NCBI GenBank assembly: GCA_002710015.1
Contig: PAOW01000026.1
Coordinates: 1 to 46,352 of the forward strand
Direction of reading: 5' to 3'
Length of the DNA: 46,352 nucleotides
Source: Methanobacteriota archaeon
Lineage (GTDB): Archaea > Thermoplasmatota > Poseidoniia > Poseidoniales > Poseidoniaceae
Shown here piece by piece: positions 1-11,700 of the stretch; position 1 is the stretch's first letter; every line of letters starts with the position of its first letter. The notes under the pieces were generated by a model that made no database searches, was not told where the DNA came from, and saw nothing but the letters and a program-made list of their open reading frames with translations. Both the position numbers and the translations under genes were made by a program.

Positions 1-721
1 CGCCCACATTGATGTCTTTTACCAATACAGTTCCCGAGGAGGTACCATCAGTTTTCCACAACTCTTTTCCATGTGTACCATCGTCTGCAAGGAAGTAGAC
101 TGTGTTGCCAATATGGGCCCAATTGTGGTTGCCGATATGTTCAGAGATATCTAGGTTTGAGTGAAGGATGACAGTGCCCGAGGCAGTACCGTCTGTTTTG
201 CAGAACTTAGTGGTAGAACTCCCGCTACCATCATCGCACTGGTAGTAGAGAGTGTTTCCATGCACGTAATGTGCTCCTTTGTTCCCACCAACTCCGTGTC
301 CGGAACCATTGTTCAAGTCCACGACCATACTTGTGCCTGCGGTAGTACCATCGGTCTTCCACAGTTCTTGCCCGTGTACTCCATCATTGTACTCGAAGTA
401 TACGTAGTTGCCCATTGGTGAATATGGGTTGATTGCTGTACCACCAGTCGTCAGCGCAGATGATGTATTACTGCCATTATAGCCCCCGGAAACAGTTTGG
501 AAGGTGATATCACCCATGAGATCGCCAACCATTAGATCTGCACCTTCCACGCTTGGAGTCAAAGCAGGTGTAGAGCCACCCGTTTCCTTTGATTCAGTAT
601 CTTGGTCTAGGCCAATTGAGAAATCCATGTTATCGGTATATCCTACTTGAGTCATCAGTATCATGATCAAAGAGAGGAAAACTGCTCTGAATCGTCCGTC
701 TTGGCTTACGCTGGCTGCCAT
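1..721 (-). CDS. ELWxxDGT-repeat secreted/surface protein, N-terminal part (runs off the left edge; not in the ORF track)
   Basis: Manual translation from ATG at 721 is open to the window edge: MAASVSQDGRFRAVFLSLIMILMTQVGY... (signal-like hydrophobic stretch), then YFEYNDGVHGQELWKTDGTTAGTSMVVDL, KFCKTDGTASGTV and YFLADDGTHGKELWKTDGTSSGTVLVKDIN. Confidence 0.9.
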   Translation of the reverse strand, partial: MAASVSQDGRFRAVFLSLIMILMTQVGYTDNMDFSIGLDQDTESKETGGSTPALTPSVEGADLMVGDLMGDITFQTVSGGYNGSNTSSALTTGGTAINPYSPMGNYVYFEYNDGVHGQELWKTDGTTAGTSMVVDLNNGSGHGVGGNKGAHYVHGNTLYYQCDDGSGSSTTKFCKTDGTASGTVILHSNLDISEHIGNHNWAHIGNTVYFLADDGTHGKELWKTDGTSSGTVLVKDINVG

Positions 722-756
722 ATCTCTCGCAATTATTTCATTAACTACTTCCTTTC

Positions 757-777
757 CCCTATGATAACAGGGTTTCC
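757..777. promoter_or_regulatory. Imperfect palindrome in the 56-bp divergent intergenic region; candidate HTH_10 operator
   Basis: CCCTAT-GATA-ACAGGG (arms 5/6 complementary) followed by TTTCC, between the ELWxxDGT gene start (721) and the regulator start (778). Confidence 0.35.
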
Positions 778-1431
778 ATGGAATTAAGACAAATGATAAT
801 GACAATCAGCCAATTACAAAGTTCTGGACTACCTGGTGCTGTAATCTATGATTACTTTGACAAAATCACATTTGTCCTTACAGATAAAAGTCCCGAAAAT
901 GGTGTATTCAGAATGCTTGCAAGGCTTGACTTCATGCCAAATATGGAGCCCACTGAAGTGCCGTCTGAATCAGGGATGAAGATTATCAAATTCTATCACC
1001 GGGAAGAAACATCAGGTCTTGCGACTGTTGATTTCCACGGTCCCATTTTGGGGACTTTGATGGATATAGACGGTTGCTGGTTCCACAATCAATCCTACAT
1101 TAGTAATGAAGTCGGAGCTCATTTTACAATAGTAGGAACAAAAAAAGCATTATCCGCTTACAGGAAAAGGATGCTGGCGCTTTTCCCTGAAGATATTGGC
1201 CTTAAGGTATCAAGTAGCATGAGAGCCGATTTTATGATGACTCCATCATTATCAAAGCGCCAGTCTGAGGTTCTCAGTGTTGCAGTACAGATGGGATACT
1301 ATGGCCAGCCAAAGAAGTGTAATCAATCAGATATCGCGGAAGTAATCGGTATCAGTCAAGGCACTGTTGCAGAGCATCTACAACTTGCAGAATCTAACAT
1401 TATGAGTGGCTGGTTCCGTCAAATTAATTGA
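778..1431 (+). CDS. Bat-like (HTH_10) transcriptional regulator, copy 1
   Basis: C-terminal LSKRQSEVLSVAVQMGYYGQPKKCNQSDIAEVIGISQGTVAEHLQLAE matches the HTH_10 pattern (LTxRQ..L..A...GYY..PR......A..LGIS..T..EHL..AE). Confidence 0.9.
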   Translation: MELRQMIMTISQLQSSGLPGAVIYDYFDKITFVLTDKSPENGVFRMLARLDFMPNMEPTEVPSESGMKIIKFYHREETSGLATVDFHGPILGTLMDIDGCWFHNQSYISNEVGAHFTIVGTKKALSAYRKRMLALFPEDIGLKVSSSMRADFMMTPSLSKRQSEVLSVAVQMGYYGQPKKCNQSDIAEVIGISQGTVAEHLQLAESNIMSGWFRQIN

Positions 1432-2733
1432 TCAGCCTTCACGCTCGAAAGTATTCAACTCGCTTTCAAGTGCCTGTGCCTCGAATTCCAAATCTGATAT
1501 TTTTTCACCGGGAATTCCTGGTTTACTCATTTCTTTCTCGAGTTCTTTCAAACGTTTACGAGCATTTTCCCTTTCCGACTGGAGTCTCTGTTCCTCAATC
1601 AACATTTTCTTTCTTGCTTCCTCTTGCCTTTTGGACTTGTCAGCATTTGTAATATCATCTTCTTCAGATTTTATCTCAACTTCAGTTGGGTATGATATTG
1701 TAATTCCTTCAGATATGAAGTTCTCATCAATTGTTTTCAACAACCAATCCCTTGCGATAAATTCCTCATTATAGTCTTCTACCCAAGAGAAAAGCCTGAA
1801 ATTTTTCGTAAAATCGTCAAGCTCTCTAACCAAAACTCTTGGTTCTGGTGATTTTAGACAGTGTGGTGACGAGCGTGCAATCTCTAACAGGGAGAACTTG
1901 ACGTGGTCAATATCCTCATCATAACTCACACATACGTCAATAACAAGAGACTTCCTTTTTGCGTTCCCGTCACCCCCACCCCTAGCATGATTGATTATGT
2001 CTGAATAGACAATTGTGTTATTTGGAATAATTATCAGTCTCTCGTCCCTATCAAGAATCTTTGTTGACAAGATACCAATAGATACAACAGTGCCTAAATT
2101 GTTCTCGATTTCAACTCGGTCACCTACCTCAAATGGCCTATCTACGGCTAATAGGAATGAGTTAGCAATGTTGCTAACAGTTTCTTTCATTGCGATTCCA
2201 AGAATAAGGGATACTAGTGCAAGTGATGCTAGTATTCCAAACAGGTCGATGTCTAACTCTAACAAAGCGAAGTAAGATCCCAAGAAATAGACAGCTGCCC
2301 TAGTACAGAATACGAGAAATGGATTTCCTCCTGATACGGTTACTGCATCTTTATTTTCGAAGAATTCCAGTATGACTGGCATGAGATATTTGACGGATAC
2401 ACTGGTGATTGAAGTTGCAATCAATATGTATGATGCTCCAAAGTATGGTTGCAATTTATTGTAATCCACGTCATTTTCAATCAACCACATAGAAGAGAGG
2501 TGAGCTCCAGCAGCAATAATGAATATGTTCAATCTAATCGAAAGTGGTCCAAGAAGTAAATCATCCCATCCAGCAGAACTACCTTTGACAAAATCTTTCC
2601 ATGGATTAATCAATGCAATCCTTGCACCAAATAGAACCATTGCAATACCGATTACACATAGAGCAAACCTAACCAGAAAGGGAAGATTATCAAGATAATC
2701 GACTAGGTCAGATATCAATTCCATAGGTTTCAC
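1432..2733 (-). CDS. mscS: Small-conductance mechanosensitive channel (MscS family) with C-terminal coiled-coil extension, copy 1
   Basis: About 5 TM helices; DRPFEVGDRVEI...GTVVSIGILSTKI...IIIPN; VSYDEDID; EPRVLV; about 75-aa charged helical tail. The GTG start overlaps the TGA of the giant gene (GTGA at 2730-2733). Confidence 0.92.
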   Translation of the reverse strand: MKPMELISDLVDYLDNLPFLVRFALCVIGIAMVLFGARIALINPWKDFVKGSSAGWDDLLLGPLSIRLNIFIIAAGAHLSSMWLIENDVDYNKLQPYFGASYILIATSITSVSVKYLMPVILEFFENKDAVTVSGGNPFLVFCTRAAVYFLGSYFALLELDIDLFGILASLALVSLILGIAMKETVSNIANSFLLAVDRPFEVGDRVEIENNLGTVVSIGILSTKILDRDERLIIIPNNTIVYSDIINHARGGGDGNAKRKSLVIDVCVSYDEDIDHVKFSLLEIARSSPHCLKSPEPRVLVRELDDFTKNFRLFSWVEDYNEEFIARDWLLKTIDENFISEGITISYPTEVEIKSEEDDITNADKSKRQEEARKKMLIEEQRLQSERENARKRLKELEKEMSKPGIPGEKISDLEFEAQALESELNTFEREG

Positions 2734-5700
2734 TTTTGCTTGGCGAACTTACGTGCCTGGTTTGCCCACTTGTCACGCTTGATTCTTCCTGGGAAGAATT
2801 CGATTGCGATATTGACTTGCTCTTCAATTTCAGCAGTCATATTTCCAACCTGTTCGAAAGTGTATATTCCCAAAGCATTCAATTTGTCTTCTATGAATGG
2901 TCCAACACCCTTGATTCTTTGCAAGTCATCACTAGCAGTGACAGTTGCAGCTGCTGCAAATCCTCGCTTTAGTCCCTTGACACCAGTCAATGCTGTTGCG
3001 GTCTTTCCAGTCCATGAGATGTTCATTCCACCTTCATCATCCTGAACCCAAGCGGTACCAGTCTCTTCGAAATCAGAAGTGTCACCGATGGAAACTTCAG
3101 TTGCACCTTTCTCTACCGGCTTAGATGCAACACTCCTTGCCGCTACACCCAGAGTAGTGAAATCGATGCTCTTTGCCTTTTCAGAAATTCGTAGGAGTTC
3201 TTCCTCTTTCTTTCTGGCAGCTTCATCCATTTGTTCGAGTTTCTTGCGACGCTCTTCCATCTCCTTTTCCATCTGTTCGAGTCTTTCTTGAGCAGCCTTT
3301 TCTGCAGCAACTCTAGCAGCATCCTCAGCTTCTTCTTTGGCTTTCTTTTCAGCAGCAGCTTTCTCTTCAGCAGCCTTTGCTTTAGCTTCGGCAGCAGCAG
3401 CCTTTTCTTCAGCCAATCTAAGTTTTTCAGCAGCTTCTTCTTCGGCCTTAGCCATCGCTTCAGCAGCTTCTTTCTCGGCCTTTGCTTTAGCCTCCGCAGC
3501 TTCTTCTTCGGCCTTAGCCATCGCTTCAGCAGCTTCTTTCTCGGCCTTTGCTTTCGCTTCAGCCTCTTCTTTAGCCTTCTTTTCAGCAGCCTCTTTCTCG
3601 GCCTTTGCTTTCGCTTCAGCTTCTTCCTTAGCTCTCTTTTCAGCAGCTTCTTTTTCTGCCCTTTCTTTGGCTTCAGCTTCTTCGATTGCCTTTAGTTCAG
3701 CCTTCTCCTCATCTCTTAATTGGGCAGCTCGCATATCCGCAGCAGCTAACTCATCAGCAGCTGGGTCGCCAACTGTAACTTCCCATAGGATGTATACAGA
3801 TGAACTTCCCACTCTGATTTGTCCAGTGTAGACTCCGCTGACATCTTCCTCAGTTACGTTATCATCAAACTCAAGTTGGAATACAATCGATCCTGAACCT
3901 TTCTCGTCAGGGTTGCCTTCGACTATGATTGAATCCATATTGAATCGTCCACGGTTAGTAGCAGCTGCTAGGTCTGTAATTAGCACCAGAGAATCTGGAT
4001 CAAGTTTTGAAATCGTTATGGTTTCCTTGCTTACTGCACTGTCACCAAAGTTTTCAACGCTGACGGATTTGAGAACGAATGGGTCGTTCTTTGTTCCGCT
4101 TCCAGATACAAAGTTAGGTCTGGCTGTGGTGTTTTCAGGCTCAGGCCCATTTTTGTATCCAACCATTACAAGAAGTGAGTCTCCTCTTTCTCTTGCAAGA
4201 TACATTAGTGGCACTAGCAACAGCAATAGAAGCAGAGGTAAGCAAACACAAATCCACCACATAGTGCTAGAGCTGCTGTCACTATCTTTCTTTGAATCAG
4301 ACTTTGCTGACACACATGTTACTCCATCATCCTTGATGTCATCAGGAATACTATCTGCATCCCTTGCGTCAGATCCACACCTATCCTCATCTGCATCAGA
4401 CCATCCATCACCGTCTGTGTCTACTTCTAGAGCGTCACAAGATTCCGAATCGGTAGGGAAGTCAGAATCATCAAGTGGGTCTGTTCCACACTCAACTTCA
4501 TCAGCATCGTGGACACCATCGTTATCATCGTCAAAGTCTTCTTTCAGTCCAGTTGTTGAGCTTCCCGACAATGAGTCTGGGTCACCGTCGCCATCTGTGT
4601 CTCTTGATGCAGAGCGGTCATCAGGGAAATCATCCACGTTGTTTCCTACGCCATCTCCATCGCGGTCATCGTCTTGTGAGTCACAAATCATGTCACCGTC
4701 AGAATCTGTTGGAACGCTTGATGCATCATCTGGGTCAGAACCACATGATTCTTCAGGCCCATCAGCCCAGCCATCAAAGTCTCTGTCAGATTGCAAGGCA
4801 TCACAGACACCGTCATTATCGTCATCTATTGGTATGGACTCAGAATCCAGTGTGTTGGAGTTACACATAATTTCTTCAGTATCAATGTATGAATCATTAT
4901 CGTCATCGTCGTCTATGTAGTTACACAAACTGTCTCCATCAGTATCGATTGGGGTACTAGATGCATCCTGCGGGTCTTCGCCACAGAGGTTTTCCATTTC
5001 ATTGGACCAACCGTCTCCGTCCATGTCGTCATCATATACATCAGGGGTTCCGTCTCCGTCAGTATCTTCTAATACACCTAGAGTTAATTGGAAAGTTCCA
5101 CTCTGTCCAGAGTTTGAGTTGTTCGCCCAAATAGTGTAGAGTGTAGCAGAGCTCAATTCAGTTGGAGTTCCGCTGATAGTTCCAGTCTCACTAGTAGAGC
5201 GACCAGGCATTATTCCATCGAATTCTAGACCAAGTGGTAATGCGGGATAGATTGCCCAACTGGTTATGTCTCCACCCGCTGTTATTGGAACCAGAGGGTC
5301 CATAGCAGAGTTTAGTGACAACTCGACGCTATCCTTTAGATAAATCACAATAATGGCTCTATCGTCACTGTTATCCAATAAATCACAAACCCTGTCTTGA
5401 TCTATGTCGCTTGGGTAATCATTTTCATCCATCTCATCAGTTTGACAGTTTGTCTCATCAGCGTTGGACCAGCCATCACCGTCTTTATCATCGTCATTAA
5501 CATCAGGAATGCCATCTAGATCTGTATCTGTTAGAACAGAAATGGTAACAGTTGCTGTGCCGTAATCTTCGACTCCTGTGGCATTGATTGTATACACAGC
5601 ACTCTGTGATAGAGTGCTTGGTGTTCCCCAGATTGTACCATTGTTGGTTCCAAAGAAGATACCGCTCGGCAATGTAGGTTCAATACTCCACGAAACGATT

Positions 5701-8700
5701 GCAGCTCCAGATGTTGAAGGATATAATGCCATCATCGGTGAATACTGTGCTAGTTCAGCAGTATTGTATGGATAGTTGATGAAAATACCAGTTCCGTTAA
5801 TTGTAATCTCTAGAACTGTGGTTCCTGAACCACCGGTGTTGTTAGCCCAAATTGTGTAATTTGTTGCAGGTGAGTCCACGAATGGAATACCGACAATTGC
5901 TCCGTCTCCTCTCAAACTTAGACCAGTTGGTAGTGCTGGTGAGATATCCCAAGATGATGGTACACCGCCAGTGCTGGTTGGCACTACTGGAGTGATTGGT
6001 ACATCCTTGAAGAATTCATATTCTGACTCTGCGTAGGAAATTACCGGTGCAGGTTCGTTAACAGTGATTGTAAACGGAACACCTGCGCTACATACATTCC
6101 AACTATTACATGACTTAACCTTGAAGATTGCAGTACTCTGGTTTGCAGTTGGCGTACCAGTAATGTGTCCTGTACTGTTCACCGATAATCCAGCCGGTAG
6201 AGGTGGATATGTGGTAAAGTGGTGCAGGTTTGCACTGTTCGTAATTCCAGTTGGGGCAATTGGCGTAATTGCAACACCTCTAGTGTAACTCTGTGTAGTA
6301 TCTGCAGGGTTGTATGAAACAACAGGTAAAGCAGGGCTTATTCCGAATGTAACCTCAAGTGATTGGCTTCTGTCCCAAGCATATGATGTGGAACCGTGAT
6401 TTACAGTAATTGTATAGGTCTCATTTGCCGTATCTGTACATCCGTTTTGAGGGGTACCTGAGATATAGCCAGTTCCTGTGTTGAAACTTAATCCACACGG
6501 TAAGGCAGCACTGTTGGTTACTCCTAAACTATTGTTTAGTGAATAGGTCGCTATTGAACCGCCATATTTACCTATCATTTTGAAGGTGGTAGATGTTCCT
6601 TCTGACGGACTGTTATAGTTTATTTCGTGGTCGAAATCTCCCCAGAATCTGTAGAGTTGATGTTGATAACCAGTCTGCCCGCTTGTTTGACCTGGTGCCC
6701 AAGAATCAACTCCCACACAATTAATATTTCCACTGCCACATTTACTCAGCAATGATGCTGTCATGTGCATGAATTTAGAACCATGATAACCTGTGAAGTA
6801 AATGGAATCCGAATTGTCGAGACCAAAGTCGGTAGTGTAGTGGCTGGTAGACCAATAAGTGGAAATAACATCATATGCTAGGTTTAGGTCTTTGTCAAAT
6901 GCAATAGTTCTCAAGTCATGACCATATATGCTATGCGTGTCGATTAAAACATGTGCAATATCGTTGGAATCAACTGCTGAATAGATCGAATCACTCTTGT
7001 AGGACTCTGTATTGGCATCCCAGCCAATTCGAGTTTCAAGTGAAATTACATCACTGGAGGTATGGTTCATAGTTGCTATGTGTAAGCAATATCTGTTAGA
7101 GCTAGTTGGCGCAGAACTAGAAGAACTTCCAGCGAATTCAAGGTCCGTGCAATATTCACGGTCGTTGACATATGCGAAGAATAGAGTATCATCGCTAAAC
7201 TTGTCCATTGTGAAGTAATGTTCGTAACTTTGTCCAATATTGGAACGCTCTGTTGTCACATTTTCTGCCCACAACCAATTTCCTGAGGAATCTGCATGTG
7301 CAATCCAAGATGAAGCGCGCCCAGCATAGTTTCCGCCTGAGTAGGTGGCAGAAGAAGACCCAAAGTCATAATCCCATTGGCTAGTGCTTGCAGAAACATG
7401 TCCTGCTGCTGTTACAGAACCATCGTGATGTAAGACAACTTGATGCTCATAAGTAGCCCTGCAGTTAGTTGGGTTGGATTTACCTACTGATGTCCATTGG
7501 ACTTGTCCATTTGTGTTAACTTTCGCAACCCAAGGCTGGAGAGTAGTTAGACAGGTTCCAAACGGTCCAACTTGCATTCCTCCGAACCTCAAATCATCAT
7601 TGGCAGTCTTTCCTTTAGCGATTATTACAACATCGCCAGTTGACTTATCTAAGTCCATTTCTGAAGATTCATCGTTAGCTTCTCTCGATATTGATGCTGA
7701 ATCGGTGGATGAGGTACCAGAAGATTCAGTATTGATTGCCCACTGTAAATTTCCATAATAATCCCATTTTGCAAGAATAACAGTCTCTTTGCCGTTATTG
7801 TCAATCGTCACTCCATCGAAATTGAATTCAACAGGGTCACTACTTGTAGCAGTTGCTTGGAATAATGCGTAAATGTTACCATTATCGTCAACATCAACAT
7901 CTTCAATGTAGAATCCATTACCCCTGATGCTCTTGGCCCAAAGGTAATCGTTTCCAGCAGGCTCTCTCATACTCAAAACAATATCATTAGAGTCATGATT
8001 TCCACCTGCAGCAATGCCATCTACCTGTATGCTACTGGTTGAAGAATACCTTTCCAAAGTAACGATTTCTCCATTACTTGCGAAGGCTGTTTTAGCAGAT
8101 GTTTGGTCGCTATAACTGCCAGTGAACAGACTCTGATAACCGGTGTACAATGGATTTTCCATAGTAGATTTGATTGTCAAATTCTTACTCCATGCCTCTA
8201 CACCAGAAGTGGTTGTAATAGTGTAAATTGAGCCAGAGAAATCTGTGCTTGTTACACGGCCACTAATTTCTCCAGTTGTCGCATCAAGGGTCAAACCGGC
8301 TGGTAGTGAAGGGCTTATTGCAACACCAGTAGGCATCATTGCAGGATATTCAGGCATGTATGAAATATCCATTTCCATCTCAAAGATGATATCATTAGTT
8401 CCATAATCCAAGGTCGCAGTCTCAAGCATATCACAAGTTCCATCGCCATCATAATCGCTAGGATAAACCGTACTGTCTCTGGAATAATCGATTGCTGAGC
8501 CATAGTACGCTAGACGATTGTATTGATTGTAACTAGCTGAATATGGGGACCAAGAGATCCATGGATCATCACCTGCTGCGATAGTTATATCCAGACTAGA
8601 ATGGTATTGGTTGAAACCATTCCCATTGCTATGAGAAATCACTTGAGTTGTAGTTTGTGCGTTTGACGAAGAGGACAATTTCGTGTGATATGCCGACTTA

Positions 8701-11700
8701 TTGGTGTAGTCTATCCAAGCAATGTGGACATTGTCACTAGAGTCTAATTCAAGGCTCACTCCTTCATTACCGCTTGGTGTTTGATCTGTGAATCTATTTA
8801 TCCAGTTTGACCCAGAGTTGTCATAGTACTGGTATGTCACAAAGGAATTAGCGTCATTGGGACCGGAGCCCTTCATTAGTGCCATGTGTGGTTGGTTACT
8901 CGAATCAACTGTGAATGATGAGCGCCCTGGCCCAACATCACTTACAGTACCTGATCCAGCGTCTATGCCAGAATTCCAGGTCCCTGAACTGGTATCGTAT
9001 ATCCATGTGTAGATGCGAGTGGCACTCTCGTGGTATGCTAGTAAGTGTATGTCGAGGTTTGAGTCGACTGCAATTTGTTTGTATTCTGCATTCAAGGTAG
9101 ATGTGCTAACTCCGGTTGGATACGCAATTTCACTAGTAATTCCGCCAGGCGATATACGTACAATTTCGTCATGAGTAGTCATGTAAACAGTTCCATCAGT
9201 TGCAACCGAGAGGTCATGATGTTGACCCTCATGATTTGTATCAAAGGTGTAAACTAAAGTCGGATTACTGTATAATGTGGTGTGAGGGGAACCAAATTCT
9301 AGGAATCGTAACTTTTCATCATCTACAACATAAGCGCCTTGTCCATAGGCTTCGTAATCGAATCCTGCCTGATAGTTATTTGCACCCGATATAGTACCTA
9401 TCATGTTACTACCTGTCGTGGAGCCAGATTCTATGTTGGTATCAGTGAAACCAAACACACGCATGTGTTTTTGACTGTTAGACAATCCTGTAACTTCATA
9501 CTCGTATCCATGAGAGTTTGGCGCAAATATGATTCCTGTTGGATAATCAGGGGATAGACCGTAATCGCCCCAAGTGTAGGAAGACGTTAGAATTCTTGTA
9601 TTCCATTCCTTGCGCTCACAAGCCTGCTCATCAGCATCGCTCCAGCCGTCACCGTCGTCATCAGTGTCGGTGTAGTCACAGGTGCCGTCTCCATCTAGGT
9701 CAAGAGGAATGCTTGTAGAATCTTTTGAGTTTGAGACACATGCTTCTTCATCAGTGTCGTTCCAATTGTCATTATCGTCGTCTAAATCTTCAATCAAACT
9801 GGTTGTACAAGCAGCATAAATCGAATCAGGCATTCCATCATCATCAGTGTCTAGTACTGCACATGGGTCTAATCTGAAATCATCATCAACATCTAGTGTT
9901 CCATCATTATCATCATCGGTATCCCATGGGTCAATCACTCCATCTAAATCAAAGTCAGTGGGGCGCATGTGCAAATCGGTTGGAGCTAAATTTACTCCCA
10001 TCTCGTTATTTTGGTCACCTGTATCGTCCGTATTTTCATGTCCTGTTCGTCCATATCCTCCCGAACCCCAACAGTAAACCTCGTTGTCTGTCATTACAGC
10101 ACAAGTAGATGTGTCAGTCAAGGCAATTAATTTGGCACTGCCCTCTAAATCGACAGCTGTTTGGAATGGTAACTCGTTTGAGTTGTCGCCCAAACTGTTG
10201 GTATTTCCGTATCCAAGGCGACCATTAATTCCATATCCCCAGCAGTATACATCTCCTGAACTAGAGATTGAGCAAGAGTGGTCTTGACTTGCTTCAACAT
10301 CAGTCATTAATGTTCCATTAAAGTTAATCGATGTTGCTGTTTGAATGTCATTATTTGTTCCGTAACTAGATGATGAACCTTGACCTGTTTGGCCATAAGA
10401 CCCCGAACCCCAGCAGACTATGTCTCCCGCACCAATTGATCTCGTGGTTTCATCATGTAGTTCTGTTACAGCACTTACAACCAAACAAGCATGGTCGGCT
10501 CCAAAGGAGAAATCAGAAGTTAAAATTCCGTTGAAATCATAAAAGACATATTGACTACCACTCGTTTGGCTGATAAGATAACCATCACCCCAACACTTGA
10601 TTGCTCCAGTTGCTGAAGTTGCACATATCGCACCAGAATTGGATGAAGATGCGTATAAATCGACGTACTTTCCTGAAGTTGAGTAATCTAGAGAAGTTGC
10701 AACGTCATACCCATAGTTGTAAGCCCAGCTTTGACCGATTGCCCGATCATTGTTTGAACCCATACAGTATATCTCACCGCTCAATTTCAATGCACAAGTA
10801 ACGTCTGAGGCAGCGGCAATCTTGATTACATCATTACTAAATTGACTTATGATTTTTGGCGTTAATTCATAATTATTAGATGATGAGATGTTAGATTGTC
10901 TTTGTTGGTTTTGACCCCAGCACATCACCTTTCCATTTATGCTGCTGTCCACAGAAGATTGGACAACCGCACAGTTGTGATACTTACCTACACTAATTTG
11001 GCTTGCAGTTACATTTGCTCCTAAATCGATGTAAGGTAAGTTAACACCCATCTCATCGGCATCATCCCCGAGATTTGTTGAAGTTGAAGGCATGCTAAGT
11101 TGGCCTACACCATTCCATCCCCAGCATTTAATCAATCCCTGGCGAGACAATGCACAAGTGTGACCCTGTCCTGACTGGATATCGATAATGTCATATGGCG
11201 TCTGTGCAGTTTCTGACAAACTGATACCATCCCCATCTCCATCTTCAACTGGTGAATCCGCTAAAGTAGTAACCGAGCTCGAAGAAGAATACCCTACTGC
11301 GGTTTCGTCACCCCAGCAAATTACTGATGATGCACCAGCGCTGTCTTCGAATACACCACATGTTGAATCGGTCGAATGCTCGATTACAATCTGCTTTGCA
11401 GTCAATCCTGAAGGTACAGAAATTGTCTGTGGCGTACTGTATGCTGCAGTCGTGCTAGAGCCTTGTCCAAACGAACCAGATTCTTCTACACCCCAACACT
11501 CAACTGAATTTTCAACAACAGCACATGCATGATATTCACCCATCGAGATTGAATAAATTCGGTCACCTGCACTACCCAAGTCCACTTCAGTTCCGCTATT
11601 GGATGGGCTGGATGAGCCTAGAAGTAATTCACCAGATCGAGTGTTTCCTGCTGTGTCCATCCAGTCGCTTCTTTGTCCCCAACATACTGCTTGAGTGCTG

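Noticed and set aside
161-421. 86-aa plus-strand ORF in the track
   Set aside because: It is the antisense shadow of the ELWxxDGT gene on the minus strand.
778-1431. Bat-like regulator as evidence for a rhodopsin regulon
   Set aside because: No opsin or retinal genes are in the window, and the proteins lack the PAS/GAF region of true Bat.
3430-5060. Repeats considered as a CRISPR array or a DGR template/variable repeat pair
   Set aside because: They are in-frame coding repeats with no unique spacers and no adenine-specific mismatches, and there is no cas or reverse transcriptase gene in the window.
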